Below, in pieces: positions 10,143 through 19,142 of a DNA stretch of 64,000 nucleotides (its first letter is position 1; every line of letters begins with the position of its first letter). A program made the translations under genes and the position numbers. The notes below the pieces were generated by a model. The model did not search any database. It worked only from the letters and a program-made list of their open reading frames with translations, and was not told where the DNA came from. Source of the DNA: Acidimicrobiia bacterium (lineage in GTDB: Bacteria; Actinomycetota; Acidimicrobiia; Spongiisociales; Spongiisociaceae); contig JBFGLM010000013.1 in the NCBI GenBank assembly GCA_041576165.1, forward strand, positions 27,893 to 91,892. Reading direction: 5' to 3'.

Positions 10143-10565
10143 TCAGCGCAACGCGCGTCCGGAGATCTCGGTCGGTCGTAGCCGGACCCACCGGGCATTG
10201 ACACCTGGTTTGGCCCAACTCACCAGGCCGAGTGCGTCCAAGCGCTCCACCTCAGCCGGCTCGTATACCGCTTCGGCGGTGCCCCGGACGACCACGCTCC
10301 AGCCGCGGCGGGCTTCGGGCTCCCATCCATCTACTTCGAACGACATCGGTGCCCGTTGCCGGGCTGCATCGAGCTTCTCTCCGACGGTCGTGCGGAAGAC
10401 GATGGTGCCGTCGACCAGAGCATGATTCACCGGCAGGATCAGCGGCTCACCTTTGCTCATGAATGCGACGCGGCCGACCGCCGTGCTCTCCAGCAGCCGG
10501 TTGCACTCCTCCGGCGAAAGGACCTGGAGTCCGCGCCGGTCCTGGGGTCGCGCAGATGTTTCCAT
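10143..10565 (-). CDS. Pyridoxamine 5'-phosphate oxidase-like protein
   Basis: LSPEECNRLL, VGRVAF, PLILPVN, FEVDG, GWSVVVRG, ISGR. Confidence 0.85.
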   Translation of the reverse strand: METSARPQDRRGLQVLSPEECNRLLESTAVGRVAFMSKGEPLILPVNHALVDGTIVFRTTVGEKLDAARQRAPMSFEVDGWEPEARRGWSVVVRGTAEAVYEPAEVERLDALGLVSWAKPGVNARWVRLRPTEISGRALR

Positions 10566-10717
10566 GTGCTCAAACCTAGTCGGGCACACGCCGCATCCGA
10601 CACCCGTTCGAGGTCACGACGCCGAGGGCACAACGACCCTGGCGCGTGCACCGGCTCCTCCTGGAGCATCTCCACGAGGCGTGACGCCGGCCGGTCTAGC
10701 CGCTAGTAAGTGGGGTC

Positions 10718-11179
10718 ATGGAAGAGCTCACGAGACCAGAGATAGACCATCTGCTCGCCACCCAGCCCGTGGCGCACATCGGTGTCGTATCGGACGGTGA
10801 ACCCTACGTCACCCCTACGTCGTTCGTTTTCGTCGACGGATCGGTGTGGTTCCGCACCGCAGAAGGCCGGCGACTCGAGGCTTTGCGGTCCTCTCCCCGG
10901 ACATGCGTGGAAGTGACCCGCTATCACCACTACACGGGGATGTGGGAGAGCGTCGTCGGATGGGGCGATGCGGTGGTCCAAGACGACCCCAGCCAGCAAC
11001 TGCGGCTGGCTGACTTGCTCGAAAGAAAGTACCGCGACCCGCTGGAAGCACTCGAGGGGATCCCGATCGATCGGACGGACCATGAGGACATCGCCGCGGT
11101 CGAGATCCGGCTCGACGAGGTCAGCGGGCGGGCAGCGATGCGCACCGGGGGCAGGCGAACCCGACCCGGCCGCCTCTGA
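10718..11179 (+). CDS. Pyridoxamine 5'-phosphate oxidase-like protein
   Basis: EELTRPEI, PYVTP, WESVVGWG, VSGR; paralog of 8957..9400. Confidence 0.82.
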   Translation: MEELTRPEIDHLLATQPVAHIGVVSDGEPYVTPTSFVFVDGSVWFRTAEGRRLEALRSSPRTCVEVTRYHHYTGMWESVVGWGDAVVQDDPSQQLRLADLLERKYRDPLEALEGIPIDRTDHEDIAAVEIRLDEVSGRAAMRTGGRRTRPGRL

Positions 11180-11249
11180 CCGTCCCCGCCGGCCAGTCTG
11201 ATCGTCGGCCGGCACCCCAACGAACTTCTGGCGGTCCTAGATTGGAGTC

Positions 11250-11834
11250 ATGGTCGATCGCCCGGATGCCGAGCGCCTGCCGGCGCGTGTCATTCCACTG
11301 GCGGGCTTCGTCGTGCTGCTCTGGTTGGTCGAAACTTTCGACCAGCTGGTGCGGGACGGCGCGCTCGACGCGGCCGGCATCATGCCGAGAGACCTGCGGG
11401 GGCTCGATGGGATCTTCTGGGCCCCGTTGCTTCACGGCGGGTTCGGCCACCTGATGGCGAACACCCTGCCGCTCATCGTTCTCGGCGTGCTGGTTGCGCT
11501 GCAAGGCCCCGGCCGGTGGCTGTTCGTGACCGCCTTCATCGCTGTGGCCGGAGGTCTCGGCACCTGGCTGTTCGCCCGTCCGGCGGTGCACATTGGTGCG
11601 AGCATCATCGTCTTCGGCTACATCACGTATCTCATCTCGGTCGGGTTCTTCGAGCGCCGGCTGCTGGGAATCGCGGTCGGCATCGCGATTCTCTTCGTTT
11701 ACGGCGGGACGCTCCTGACGGGTATCTTTCCAGTCCGATCAGGCATCTCCTGGGAGGGTCACTTGTTTGGGGCCCTGGCCGGGTTCGGGGCAGCTTGGCT
11801 CGTCGGGCGATCGCGGCATGCAGCTCCCACCTAG
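11250..11834 (+). CDS. Rhomboid family intramembrane serine protease
   Basis: LHGGFGHLMAN, HIGAS, ISWEGHLFG. Confidence 0.9.
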   Translation: MVDRPDAERLPARVIPLAGFVVLLWLVETFDQLVRDGALDAAGIMPRDLRGLDGIFWAPLLHGGFGHLMANTLPLIVLGVLVALQGPGRWLFVTAFIAVAGGLGTWLFARPAVHIGASIIVFGYITYLISVGFFERRLLGIAVGIAILFVYGGTLLTGIFPVRSGISWEGHLFGALAGFGAAWLVGRSRHAAPT

Positions 11835-11837
11835 CGG

Positions 11838-13925
11838 TCAGGCGCGCGGACGGGTTGCCCCCATCGTGATGTCGGTGTCGTCGACTACCAGCGTGGTCCC
11901 GGCCGTCATGTCCGTCGCCCCGATCGGCAGCGTGACCACGAACTCAGACCATCCCTCCCGGTGACGGTATGCCAGGTCCCCGCTCATGAGGCGAGCCAGC
12001 ATCCGGGAAACCTTCAGAGGATCTTGCTCAGTTTCGCCTCCCTCGTGGCCGCGCGTCGGCGGCTCAGCGGGAAAGGCCTGGTCCGCCTCGGTGCTCAGTG
12101 TCCGATTATCGGCGACGATGATCATGGCGGCGTGGCCCCGTACGGCTCCCTCCACCCGCACGGCGCTTCGGGCATGAGACAGGGCATTCATCAGAAGATG
12201 CCGCAAGATTTGGCGGAGACGGGTCGGGTCCGCCAGGACATGGAGTTCGTCGACGCTCGGGTCGATCGAAACGTCGGAACCTGCACCGACTGACCGAAGC
12301 ACGTCCTGCACGGCGGACCCGACCCGCACGTCGGTGGGTTCGACCGCCAGCTCGTCGACATCGGCCCGGGCCGCCGCCAGCAAATCGTCGGTGATCCGGG
12401 CCATCTCGCCGCTTTGGACCGCGATAAGCCGGGTCAGGTCGGCGACCTCTCCCGCGGAGAACCGAGCCAGGTTGTCCGCCAGCTCGGTGGCGAATCCGAG
12501 TACGGCGCTGAGCGGCGAGCGCAGCTCGCCGGAGACGGCGCTGAGCAGCTGATTCTTGGCGAGCGCGGCGTTGCGCGCCTCGTTCAGCGCCGCACGGTGG
12601 CGGGAGACATCACGAGCGATGACCGCGAATGACCGGCCGCCTTCATGCTGATCTTGGGCCACCGTGACTACCAGCGAGAACGGCACCGGCGCGCCGGTAG
12701 CACCACGCGGGAGATCGGTTTCGAGCTCGATGGTCGAGCCCTCCGGCAGTTGCGACCAGTGCGGATAGCTCTCGTCGAGCTTCTCCATGATGCACTCGAA
12801 CGCGCGATCTCGTGCGTCGGCCGTGCTTCCAAAGAACTGCAAGAAAGCTGCGTTGACGTGATGTCTACGGCGGAGCGCATCCCATACTGCGACCAAGTCG
12901 GTGGTGGCGTCGATCGCCTGCGCAAAGCGCTGCGAACGAATGGTCGTAGCAATCTTCTCGGTGACCTCTAGCACCGTGAAGACATACAAGGGCGCGCCGT
13001 CGGGCTGCAGCAAGGGTTCGCTCATGGCCACGTCGAGCCACGCGAGCGAACCGTCGGCTCGTTTCACCGCGTGAGAGAACTGCAAGCTGCGCCGGTTGAG
13101 CTGGGCATCGATGATCATCGGCTCGATACGATCGAGAACCCCGGCCGGGACCGCTTCGGTGGCGCCGGTTGCCTCTACCTGTTGCGGTGTTAGGCCGAGC
13201 ATTTCGTGCAGCCGGGGGTTCATGTAGATGAACCGCCCGTGCCGGTCCTGGATCGCCATCCCGATCGGGGAGCTCTCCGTCAGCATCTCGAGCTGGCGGA
13301 TGCGCCCATCGAGTTCGCCGGCTTGCCGCCGTAACGACCACCCGACCTCGAGGATGAGCACGGCCGCCACCGCAACGACCGCAATCGCCGACACGGCCAG
13401 GTAGGTCGCCACCCGATCATCGGTGAGCGCCGCCGGACGCGCCACCACATCGACCAGAATCAGTGCGAGTCCTCCGCCGAGGGGCACCACGGCCAACAGC
13501 CCGAGGCCCATCCGTGGTCTCACAACGGCCAGCAGCATCGGCACCAGCACCACCAGCCATGGCACTGCCACCCGGGCGTCGCCGGCTACGACCGCCAGGG
13601 AGACGGCGACCCCGCTATCGAAGACGATCGCCACCGGAGCAAATCGGGTGTCGCTCTCGGCCACGACCATGCTGGTGAAGAGCAGGTGAATCGCCGAGAT
13701 GCCGAGCATCCACGGTGTCACGTCCCACAGGAGGCTCAGCCCGGCGTGAATCAGGACGCCACACAGCGCGGCCACAGACCTGGCCCGGGTGAGGGCCTGA
13801 TTGGCGGCCGCCTCGGCCAGCACCGGCCGGGAAGGCTTGACTCCCTGGTTCGATGCACCGGCAGGACCCGGTCCCGCGGGCTGGGGTTGATGGGTCACGA
13901 GATCCCCCGAGCTAGGCCGGGTCAC
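11838..13925 (-). CDS. Membrane PAS-PAS histidine-kinase-like protein with degenerate catalytic motifs
   Basis: About 6 TM segments, two PAS-like regions, HisKA-like VSGELRSPL, ADPTRLRQIL; phospho-His and G boxes absent. Confidence 0.75.
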   Translation of the reverse strand: MTRPSSGDLVTHQPQPAGPGPAGASNQGVKPSRPVLAEAAANQALTRARSVAALCGVLIHAGLSLLWDVTPWMLGISAIHLLFTSMVVAESDTRFAPVAIVFDSGVAVSLAVVAGDARVAVPWLVVLVPMLLAVVRPRMGLGLLAVVPLGGGLALILVDVVARPAALTDDRVATYLAVSAIAVVAVAAVLILEVGWSLRRQAGELDGRIRQLEMLTESSPIGMAIQDRHGRFIYMNPRLHEMLGLTPQQVEATGATEAVPAGVLDRIEPMIIDAQLNRRSLQFSHAVKRADGSLAWLDVAMSEPLLQPDGAPLYVFTVLEVTEKIATTIRSQRFAQAIDATTDLVAVWDALRRRHHVNAAFLQFFGSTADARDRAFECIMEKLDESYPHWSQLPEGSTIELETDLPRGATGAPVPFSLVVTVAQDQHEGGRSFAVIARDVSRHRAALNEARNAALAKNQLLSAVSGELRSPLSAVLGFATELADNLARFSAGEVADLTRLIAVQSGEMARITDDLLAAARADVDELAVEPTDVRVGSAVQDVLRSVGAGSDVSIDPSVDELHVLADPTRLRQILRHLLMNALSHARSAVRVEGAVRGHAAMIIVADNRTLSTEADQAFPAEPPTRGHEGGETEQDPLKVSRMLARLMSGDLAYRHREGWSEFVVTLPIGATDMTAGTTLVVDDTDITMGATRPRA

Positions 13926-13974
13926 AGTACCGGCCGACGAGCCGGCTGACGAACATCGGGCCGGCTTGGTCTGC

Positions 13975-14211
13975 TCAGTCGCTTCCGGCCCTGCCCCGAA
14001 TCGCCCCCATGAGCTCCTTGCAGGTGGGACAGATGGGATATCGGTCGGGATCGCGGTTCGGAATCCACTTCTTCCCGCACAGCGCTACCACCTCAACACC
14101 CTCGACGTTGCTCCGCAGAATGTCGGCTTTCTTGACGTAATGCGCGAAGCGGTCGTGGCTCCCGTCGCCGAGTTTCGGGTCGACTAGCGGCTTGATCGTC
14201 GTGTCGGTCAC
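13975..14211 (-). CDS. DUF3039 domain protein
   Basis: HDRFAHYVKK...VALCGKKWIP...PICPTCKE; GTG start overlaps upstream stop (GTGA). Confidence 0.88.
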   Translation of the reverse strand: MTDTTIKPLVDPKLGDGSHDRFAHYVKKADILRSNVEGVEVVALCGKKWIPNRDPDRYPICPTCKELMGAIRGRAGSD

Positions 14212-15140
14212 ACCCCCATTCTGGCATCCGCCGAGTCCTCGTCCGACATGGGCCACAACCATGCCGCTCCGCGCACCCCGCCGGAATCACCGTGCTGGTT
14301 GCGGACCAGCCGTGTGACCACGGTGTCGGAGAAGACGTATGCCTCCCACAATTCAGGGACGCGCTCGTACAGAAAATCGACGTTGGACACACCGCCCCCC
14401 AACACCACAACGTGCGGATCCAGGATGTTGATCACCGTCGCAAGCGACCGAGCCAGCCGGTCCGCGTACCTTTCCAGCGTCCGAGCGCTTGGCTCATCAC
14501 CGGCTGCAGCGCGCCTGGCGATCTCTCGAGCGGCGAGGTTCCCAGCCTCCACCTGGCGGTGGTCCCGCTCCATGCCCGGACCGGACAGATACGTTTCCAC
14601 ACACGCGACCCTCCCGCAGTAGCAGGATGGAAAGGGCGTGTCGCCGTCGCCGGCATACGGAAGCGGGTTGTGGCCCCACTCACCAGCGATGGCGTTGGGG
14701 CCGGCCACCAAGCCGCCATCTATCACGATGCCACCTCCCACTCCCGTGCCGAGGATCACGCCGAACACAGTCGTGGCCCCGGCCGCCGCCCCGTCGGTGG
14801 CTTCCGACAGCGCAAAACAATCTGCGTCATTCGCCATCCGGATCGGGCGCCCCAGCGCCGCGGCGACGTCCTGGTCGAGAGGGCGATCGTTGAGAACAAC
14901 CGAATTCGCGTTCTTGATGACGCCGGTCGCGGGCGAGATCGCCCCGGGCGTGCCGATCCCGACGGTGCCGGTGACTCCAGCCACGGACTCCACGTGGCGC
15001 ACAACCTGGGCGATTGCCGCCACCGTTGCGGCGTAGTCGTTCTTCGGAGTCGGCACCCGATGGCGAGCAACTTCGCGACCGGTCCGGTCGATCGCGATGG
15101 CTTCGACCTTCGTGCCGCCCAGGTCTACCCCAACTCGCAT
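14208..15140 (-). CDS. mak: ROK-family fructokinase/manno(fructo)kinase
   Basis: GVDLGGTK, NDADC, GTGVGGG, AGEWGH, CYCGR..CVE, GDSGGVRGAAWLW. Confidence 0.85.
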   Translation of the reverse strand: MRVGVDLGGTKVEAIAIDRTGREVARHRVPTPKNDYAATVAAIAQVVRHVESVAGVTGTVGIGTPGAISPATGVIKNANSVVLNDRPLDQDVAAALGRPIRMANDADCFALSEATDGAAAGATTVFGVILGTGVGGGIVIDGGLVAGPNAIAGEWGHNPLPYAGDGDTPFPSCYCGRVACVETYLSGPGMERDHRQVEAGNLAAREIARRAAAGDEPSARTLERYADRLARSLATVINILDPHVVVLGGGVSNVDFLYERVPELWEAYVFSDTVVTRLVRNQHGDSGGVRGAAWLWPMSDEDSADARMGV

Positions 15141-15335
15141 ACGATCAACCGGGGGCTACCGGGCGCCCGAGATGCTCCCGGCATCGCGGGCCCGCCGGGT
15201 GCGGTGCGTGGGGGACCGGCACGTCGTCATTGCCCGCGCTTGGCTCAGACCCGACCCAAGGGAAGGCGACGGAGCTGGGATGTGACATGGCGAGGCATCG
15301 TAGACGCCGGCCCGCAATCGATCACGTGGCGACGC

Positions 15336-16739
15336 CTAGGGGGAGTCGCCCTCGGTCACCAGATTGCCCACGCCCGCCCGTTTCATGTCGCCCCAGTTGA
15401 CGTGCCCATTCCAGAACAGTGAGCGCACCCGCCACCACACCGTGCGCTGACGGATCAACATGTGCTCGCGCAGCGCGTACCAGAGCAGCCGGAACGCATG
15501 GTGAGGATGGCTGTAGAGGCCGAAGCGCTCGTCGAGGAACATCGCGATCAGCGTGTTGATCACCCCGATGGCGACCGCAAATATGACAAGCAGCATGACC
15601 CGCACCGGGTCCGCATGCCCGGTGAGCAGCAAGAAGGGCACCAGCAAGTAGCCGAGGAACTCAACGACCGGCGCGACGAACTCGAAAAGTACGAACTGGG
15701 GCCAGGCCACCATTCCCAAGAACCCGTACCGCGGCCGGAACAGCATCGATGCGTACTCACGGATCACCTGGCTCAGGCCCCGGTGCCACCGAATCCGCTG
15801 CTTGCGCAGAACTTCATACGTCGACGGGACCTCGGTCCACGCGACCGCGTCGGGCACATACACGATGCGGTAGGGACGCTTCGATTCCCGGAACGCCCGA
15901 TGGAGGCGCATCGTCAGCTCTAGGTCTTCACCCAGGTGGCCCCGGCGGAATCCCCCGACCTCGATGACGGCATCCTTTCGAAACAGACCCAAGGCGCCAG
16001 AAATCAGCAGCAGCGCATTCATCCCGGACCAAGCCGGACGGGCAGCCAGGAACGACCGCAGATACTCGAGAATCTGCACCACCTCGACCGGGCGCGGCGG
16101 AAGGCCGACCCGGGTGACCTTACCGCGCCTGACGCGGCTTCCATTCAGCGGGCGGACGTTGCCGCCGACCGCGATGACCCGGCTGCGATCTTCTGCCACC
16201 GGCCGGACCAGCCGCAGGAGGCACTCCTCGTCGAGGATGATGTCGGCGTCGGTCGCCAGTACATACGGATACTTCGATGCGTTGATGCCGGCGTTGATGG
16301 CATCGCCTTTGCCGCCGTTCTCTTTGTCAACGACCACGACCGGCAGCGGCAGCTTGGTGCGGTAGGTCGCCCTGATCGGCTCGGTATCGATCATGACCCG
16401 AATCGGCATGTCGACCTGATACAGGTGAAACGCGGCGTGGAGCTTCTGCAATGTGTCGTCGGTGCTGCCGTCGTTGACGACCACGATCTCCAGTCTCGGA
16501 TACCGCAGCATTGCCAGCGAGCGCACCGCGTCGGCGATGCCCACGCCCTCGTTGTAGGCCGGGACGATGATGGAAACCGGTGGAGTGCTGACTGATTGGA
16601 GCATGTCGAACAACCGCCCGTGCAACGCCCAGAACTGCTGGCGGTGCAGCCACATCCACGATCCCGAGGCGAGGACCAGAACGCCGATCTCGAGCACGAT
16701 GACGTACCCGAGAATGATGTATGCGAGGTAGTCCAGCAC
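15336..16739 (-). CDS. Processive glycosyltransferase family 2 (PgaC/IcaA-like)
   Basis: PAYNE, VNDGSTD, GGK, DAD, GED, QRIRW motifs; flanking TM helices. Confidence 0.9.
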   Translation of the reverse strand: MLDYLAYIILGYVIVLEIGVLVLASGSWMWLHRQQFWALHGRLFDMLQSVSTPPVSIIVPAYNEGVGIADAVRSLAMLRYPRLEIVVVNDGSTDDTLQKLHAAFHLYQVDMPIRVMIDTEPIRATYRTKLPLPVVVVDKENGGKGDAINAGINASKYPYVLATDADIILDEECLLRLVRPVAEDRSRVIAVGGNVRPLNGSRVRRGKVTRVGLPPRPVEVVQILEYLRSFLAARPAWSGMNALLLISGALGLFRKDAVIEVGGFRRGHLGEDLELTMRLHRAFRESKRPYRIVYVPDAVAWTEVPSTYEVLRKQRIRWHRGLSQVIREYASMLFRPRYGFLGMVAWPQFVLFEFVAPVVEFLGYLLVPFLLLTGHADPVRVMLLVIFAVAIGVINTLIAMFLDERFGLYSHPHHAFRLLWYALREHMLIRQRTVWWRVRSLFWNGHVNWGDMKRAGVGNLVTEGDSP

Positions 16740-16741
16740 GC

Positions 16742-18568
16742 TCAGCTCGCTCGCTGCGCGGCGGCCGGCGAGTCGTGTAGACCATGCGAGTCGAGCGCCT
16801 CATCCAGCGCGGAGAGGGCTGCCTGGCGCGGCGTGGCGCCCGGCGAGGCAGCCGATCCCTCGTCGGCGTCGGCCTGGCCTGGCGCCGGGTCGGCTTGGAG
16901 ATCGTCCTCGCCGGTCGAGTCCGGCGCGACCGGGGGGTGGTTGTCGTGCGGGCGCGGCGCGGACGGACCCACCGGACCGCTTTCCTCTGCCCCGACCGCT
17001 GCGGCTTCGGTTGACCTCTCAACGTTGCCTGTGATTGTGGTCATTCGGTCCTCATCCTCTGTGGTGGTTGTTTGGTCCAGTGCAGGAAGCGACTGCATCT
17101 GCTGGCGGATCCAATCCGGCATTCCATCCGGATCACCGCCACCGTGTGGCGGGTCAGCTCCGACGATCGGCACCTTTCGGTTCGATGCCGACCCCAATTC
17201 AGTGGCCTCCGGCACAGGATCGTCTGCGGGCACCATGGGCTCCGATCCGGCCGGTGATTCGCGGTGCAGACCCGACGAGGACGACGCCACCTGCGCGGCC
17301 TCGCCGCCCCCGCCGTCCGGCTCAGGCAGACCGGTCGGAGGGTCTGGTGTGGGGTCGGTGCCCCGACGCTCGGGTTCGCCCGGTGTATCCAGGGTTCGCA
17401 CCCGGGTGTGCAGCACGTCCAGCTGATCCTGGATCCAATCCGGACTGTCGTCGGACACCGACTCGGCTGTCTCCAACGCTCGGAGTTGGTCCTCCACCCA
17501 GTCGTCGCCCATCGGAGCATCACCGGCTCCGGCCGGGATCCCCAGCATCATCAGCTGTTCGCGGGCTGCGTCACGGGCGAACAGATCACGGTCTCGTAAC
17601 GCTCGCTGAAGCGCGGCAACGCCTCCTGGAAGCTGAGCCAGGGCTCCGGCAGAGTTCTTGCGAACCCACCACTCACGATCGCGGAGACCCTCCGCCAGTG
17701 GAGCTATTGCCCGGTCGTCGAAGTGGGCGCCCAGCGACTTGGCGGCCCGGGCCCTGACCCGTCCATCCGGGTCGTCCATCGCTCCGATCAGCGGGGCAAC
17801 ACACTGGGTGGTCCCGCACGTCTGGAGCGCGCCCGCCGCTACCAGACGCGTCTCGGCCTCGGTGCCGGCAAGCGCATGCAGCAGTGTCGGCTCCGCCCGG
17901 TGGTCACCGATCTGGCCGAGGGTTCGCAGCGCCAGCTGACCGTACGTGGGCATTTGCTCGGACAGATCGCCCAGGTACTCGAGAAGACCGTCGACCGCGG
18001 CAGTGCCGAGTGATGCGAGGTGATCCATCGTTCGGGCTGCGTCCCACTCCGTTTCACGGTCGATCGAACCCAGGATCGCTCCGACGGCGTCCGGTTCGCC
18101 GATCTTGGCCAAGGCAGCCGACGCGTTGATGCGGACCCCGCTCTCCGGGTCGTTGAGCGCGGCGGCTAGGGGCCGAGCCGTCTTCGGGTCGGCCAGCTCT
18201 GCCAGCATCAGCGCAGCCCGGATGCGCGCTTTTCTCCGGCGCGATTTGCGCAATGTGACCACGGCCGCGTCGACAATCCCGAGATCGCGAGCGACCCGCA
18301 GCAACCGGTCGCGTTCGATGCCGTCGAGGAGGCGGATGAAGTCGACCAGCGCCGACCGGAACACGGGGTCATCGGTCCAGGAGGCCAGGATCTCCTGCGG
18401 ATAGCTTCCCCGAGCGGTCAGCTCGCCGAATACGGCGACATAGGAGGCGCGACGAACTGCCTCGAACCGTCTCCTCCAGCTGTTGAGCCATTTGGTGAGG
18501 AGTAGAGCGGTTGCAAGAAGCAGCATCGAGGCGACTGACGTCAGCGCAGCAAGTGAAGGGGAGGTCAC
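16742..18568 (-). CDS. HEAT-repeat membrane protein with acidic low-complexity tail
   Basis: N-terminal TM; repeated LNDPESGVR/MDDPDGRVR/LRDREWWVR HEAT-like units. Confidence 0.85.
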   Translation of the reverse strand: MTSPSLAALTSVASMLLLATALLLTKWLNSWRRRFEAVRRASYVAVFGELTARGSYPQEILASWTDDPVFRSALVDFIRLLDGIERDRLLRVARDLGIVDAAVVTLRKSRRRKARIRAALMLAELADPKTARPLAAALNDPESGVRINASAALAKIGEPDAVGAILGSIDRETEWDAARTMDHLASLGTAAVDGLLEYLGDLSEQMPTYGQLALRTLGQIGDHRAEPTLLHALAGTEAETRLVAAGALQTCGTTQCVAPLIGAMDDPDGRVRARAAKSLGAHFDDRAIAPLAEGLRDREWWVRKNSAGALAQLPGGVAALQRALRDRDLFARDAAREQLMMLGIPAGAGDAPMGDDWVEDQLRALETAESVSDDSPDWIQDQLDVLHTRVRTLDTPGEPERRGTDPTPDPPTGLPEPDGGGGEAAQVASSSSGLHRESPAGSEPMVPADDPVPEATELGSASNRKVPIVGADPPHGGGDPDGMPDWIRQQMQSLPALDQTTTTEDEDRMTTITGNVERSTEAAAVGAEESGPVGPSAPRPHDNHPPVAPDSTGEDDLQADPAPGQADADEGSAASPGATPRQAALSALDEALDSHGLHDSPAAAQRAS

Positions 18569-18626
18569 GGCTCGCCCCGGCAGCGCGGGCTAGCGCGGGC
18601 CGACCAACCCGAAAATCGGCGCATTA

Positions 18627-19016
18627 TCAGTCCAGAGAGCTCGTCGTGGCGGAGCGCCGCAGCTGCACCTTGACCCGGGCCAACAGCTCGCGGATCCGGA
18701 AAGGCTTGGTGATGTAGTCGGATGCTCCGAGCTCGAGGCTTTGAACGATGTCATCTTCGGCGTTGGAACCCGACACCATGATCACCGGAAACGGGCGGGC
18801 CGCTGTCTGCCACCGGTTGAGCACTTCGATACCAAGCAAACCCGGGAGGAACATGTCGACCAGCGCCAGGTCGAAATGCTCGCGCATGCCGAGGTCATAG
18901 GCTTCATACCCGTCGAAGCTCTGCACTACCTCGCATCCGAGAGATTCGACGGCGCGCGTCACAAGCGTGGAGACTGTCCGCTCGTCATCGACGACGAGCA
19001 CCCGTTTGCTCGTCAT
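18627..19016 (-). CDS. Single-domain response regulator (REC only)
   Basis: VLVVDDE, LVDMFLPG, DYITKPF; no output domain. Confidence 0.9.
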   Translation of the reverse strand: MTSKRVLVVDDERTVSTLVTRAVESLGCEVVQSFDGYEAYDLGMREHFDLALVDMFLPGLLGIEVLNRWQTAARPFPVIMVSGSNAEDDIVQSLELGASDYITKPFRIRELLARVKVQLRRSATTSSLD

Positions 19017-19142
19017 GGCATCCCTCTTCTACCGATGTGGTCTCATGCCGCCGGGGCAAGGTGACATCATCAATGATCGGTCACGCGATGTGACAAGTTG
19101 AGGAAACAACCACTGGCCGTGTTCTTGGCTGGGACCGGGGAG

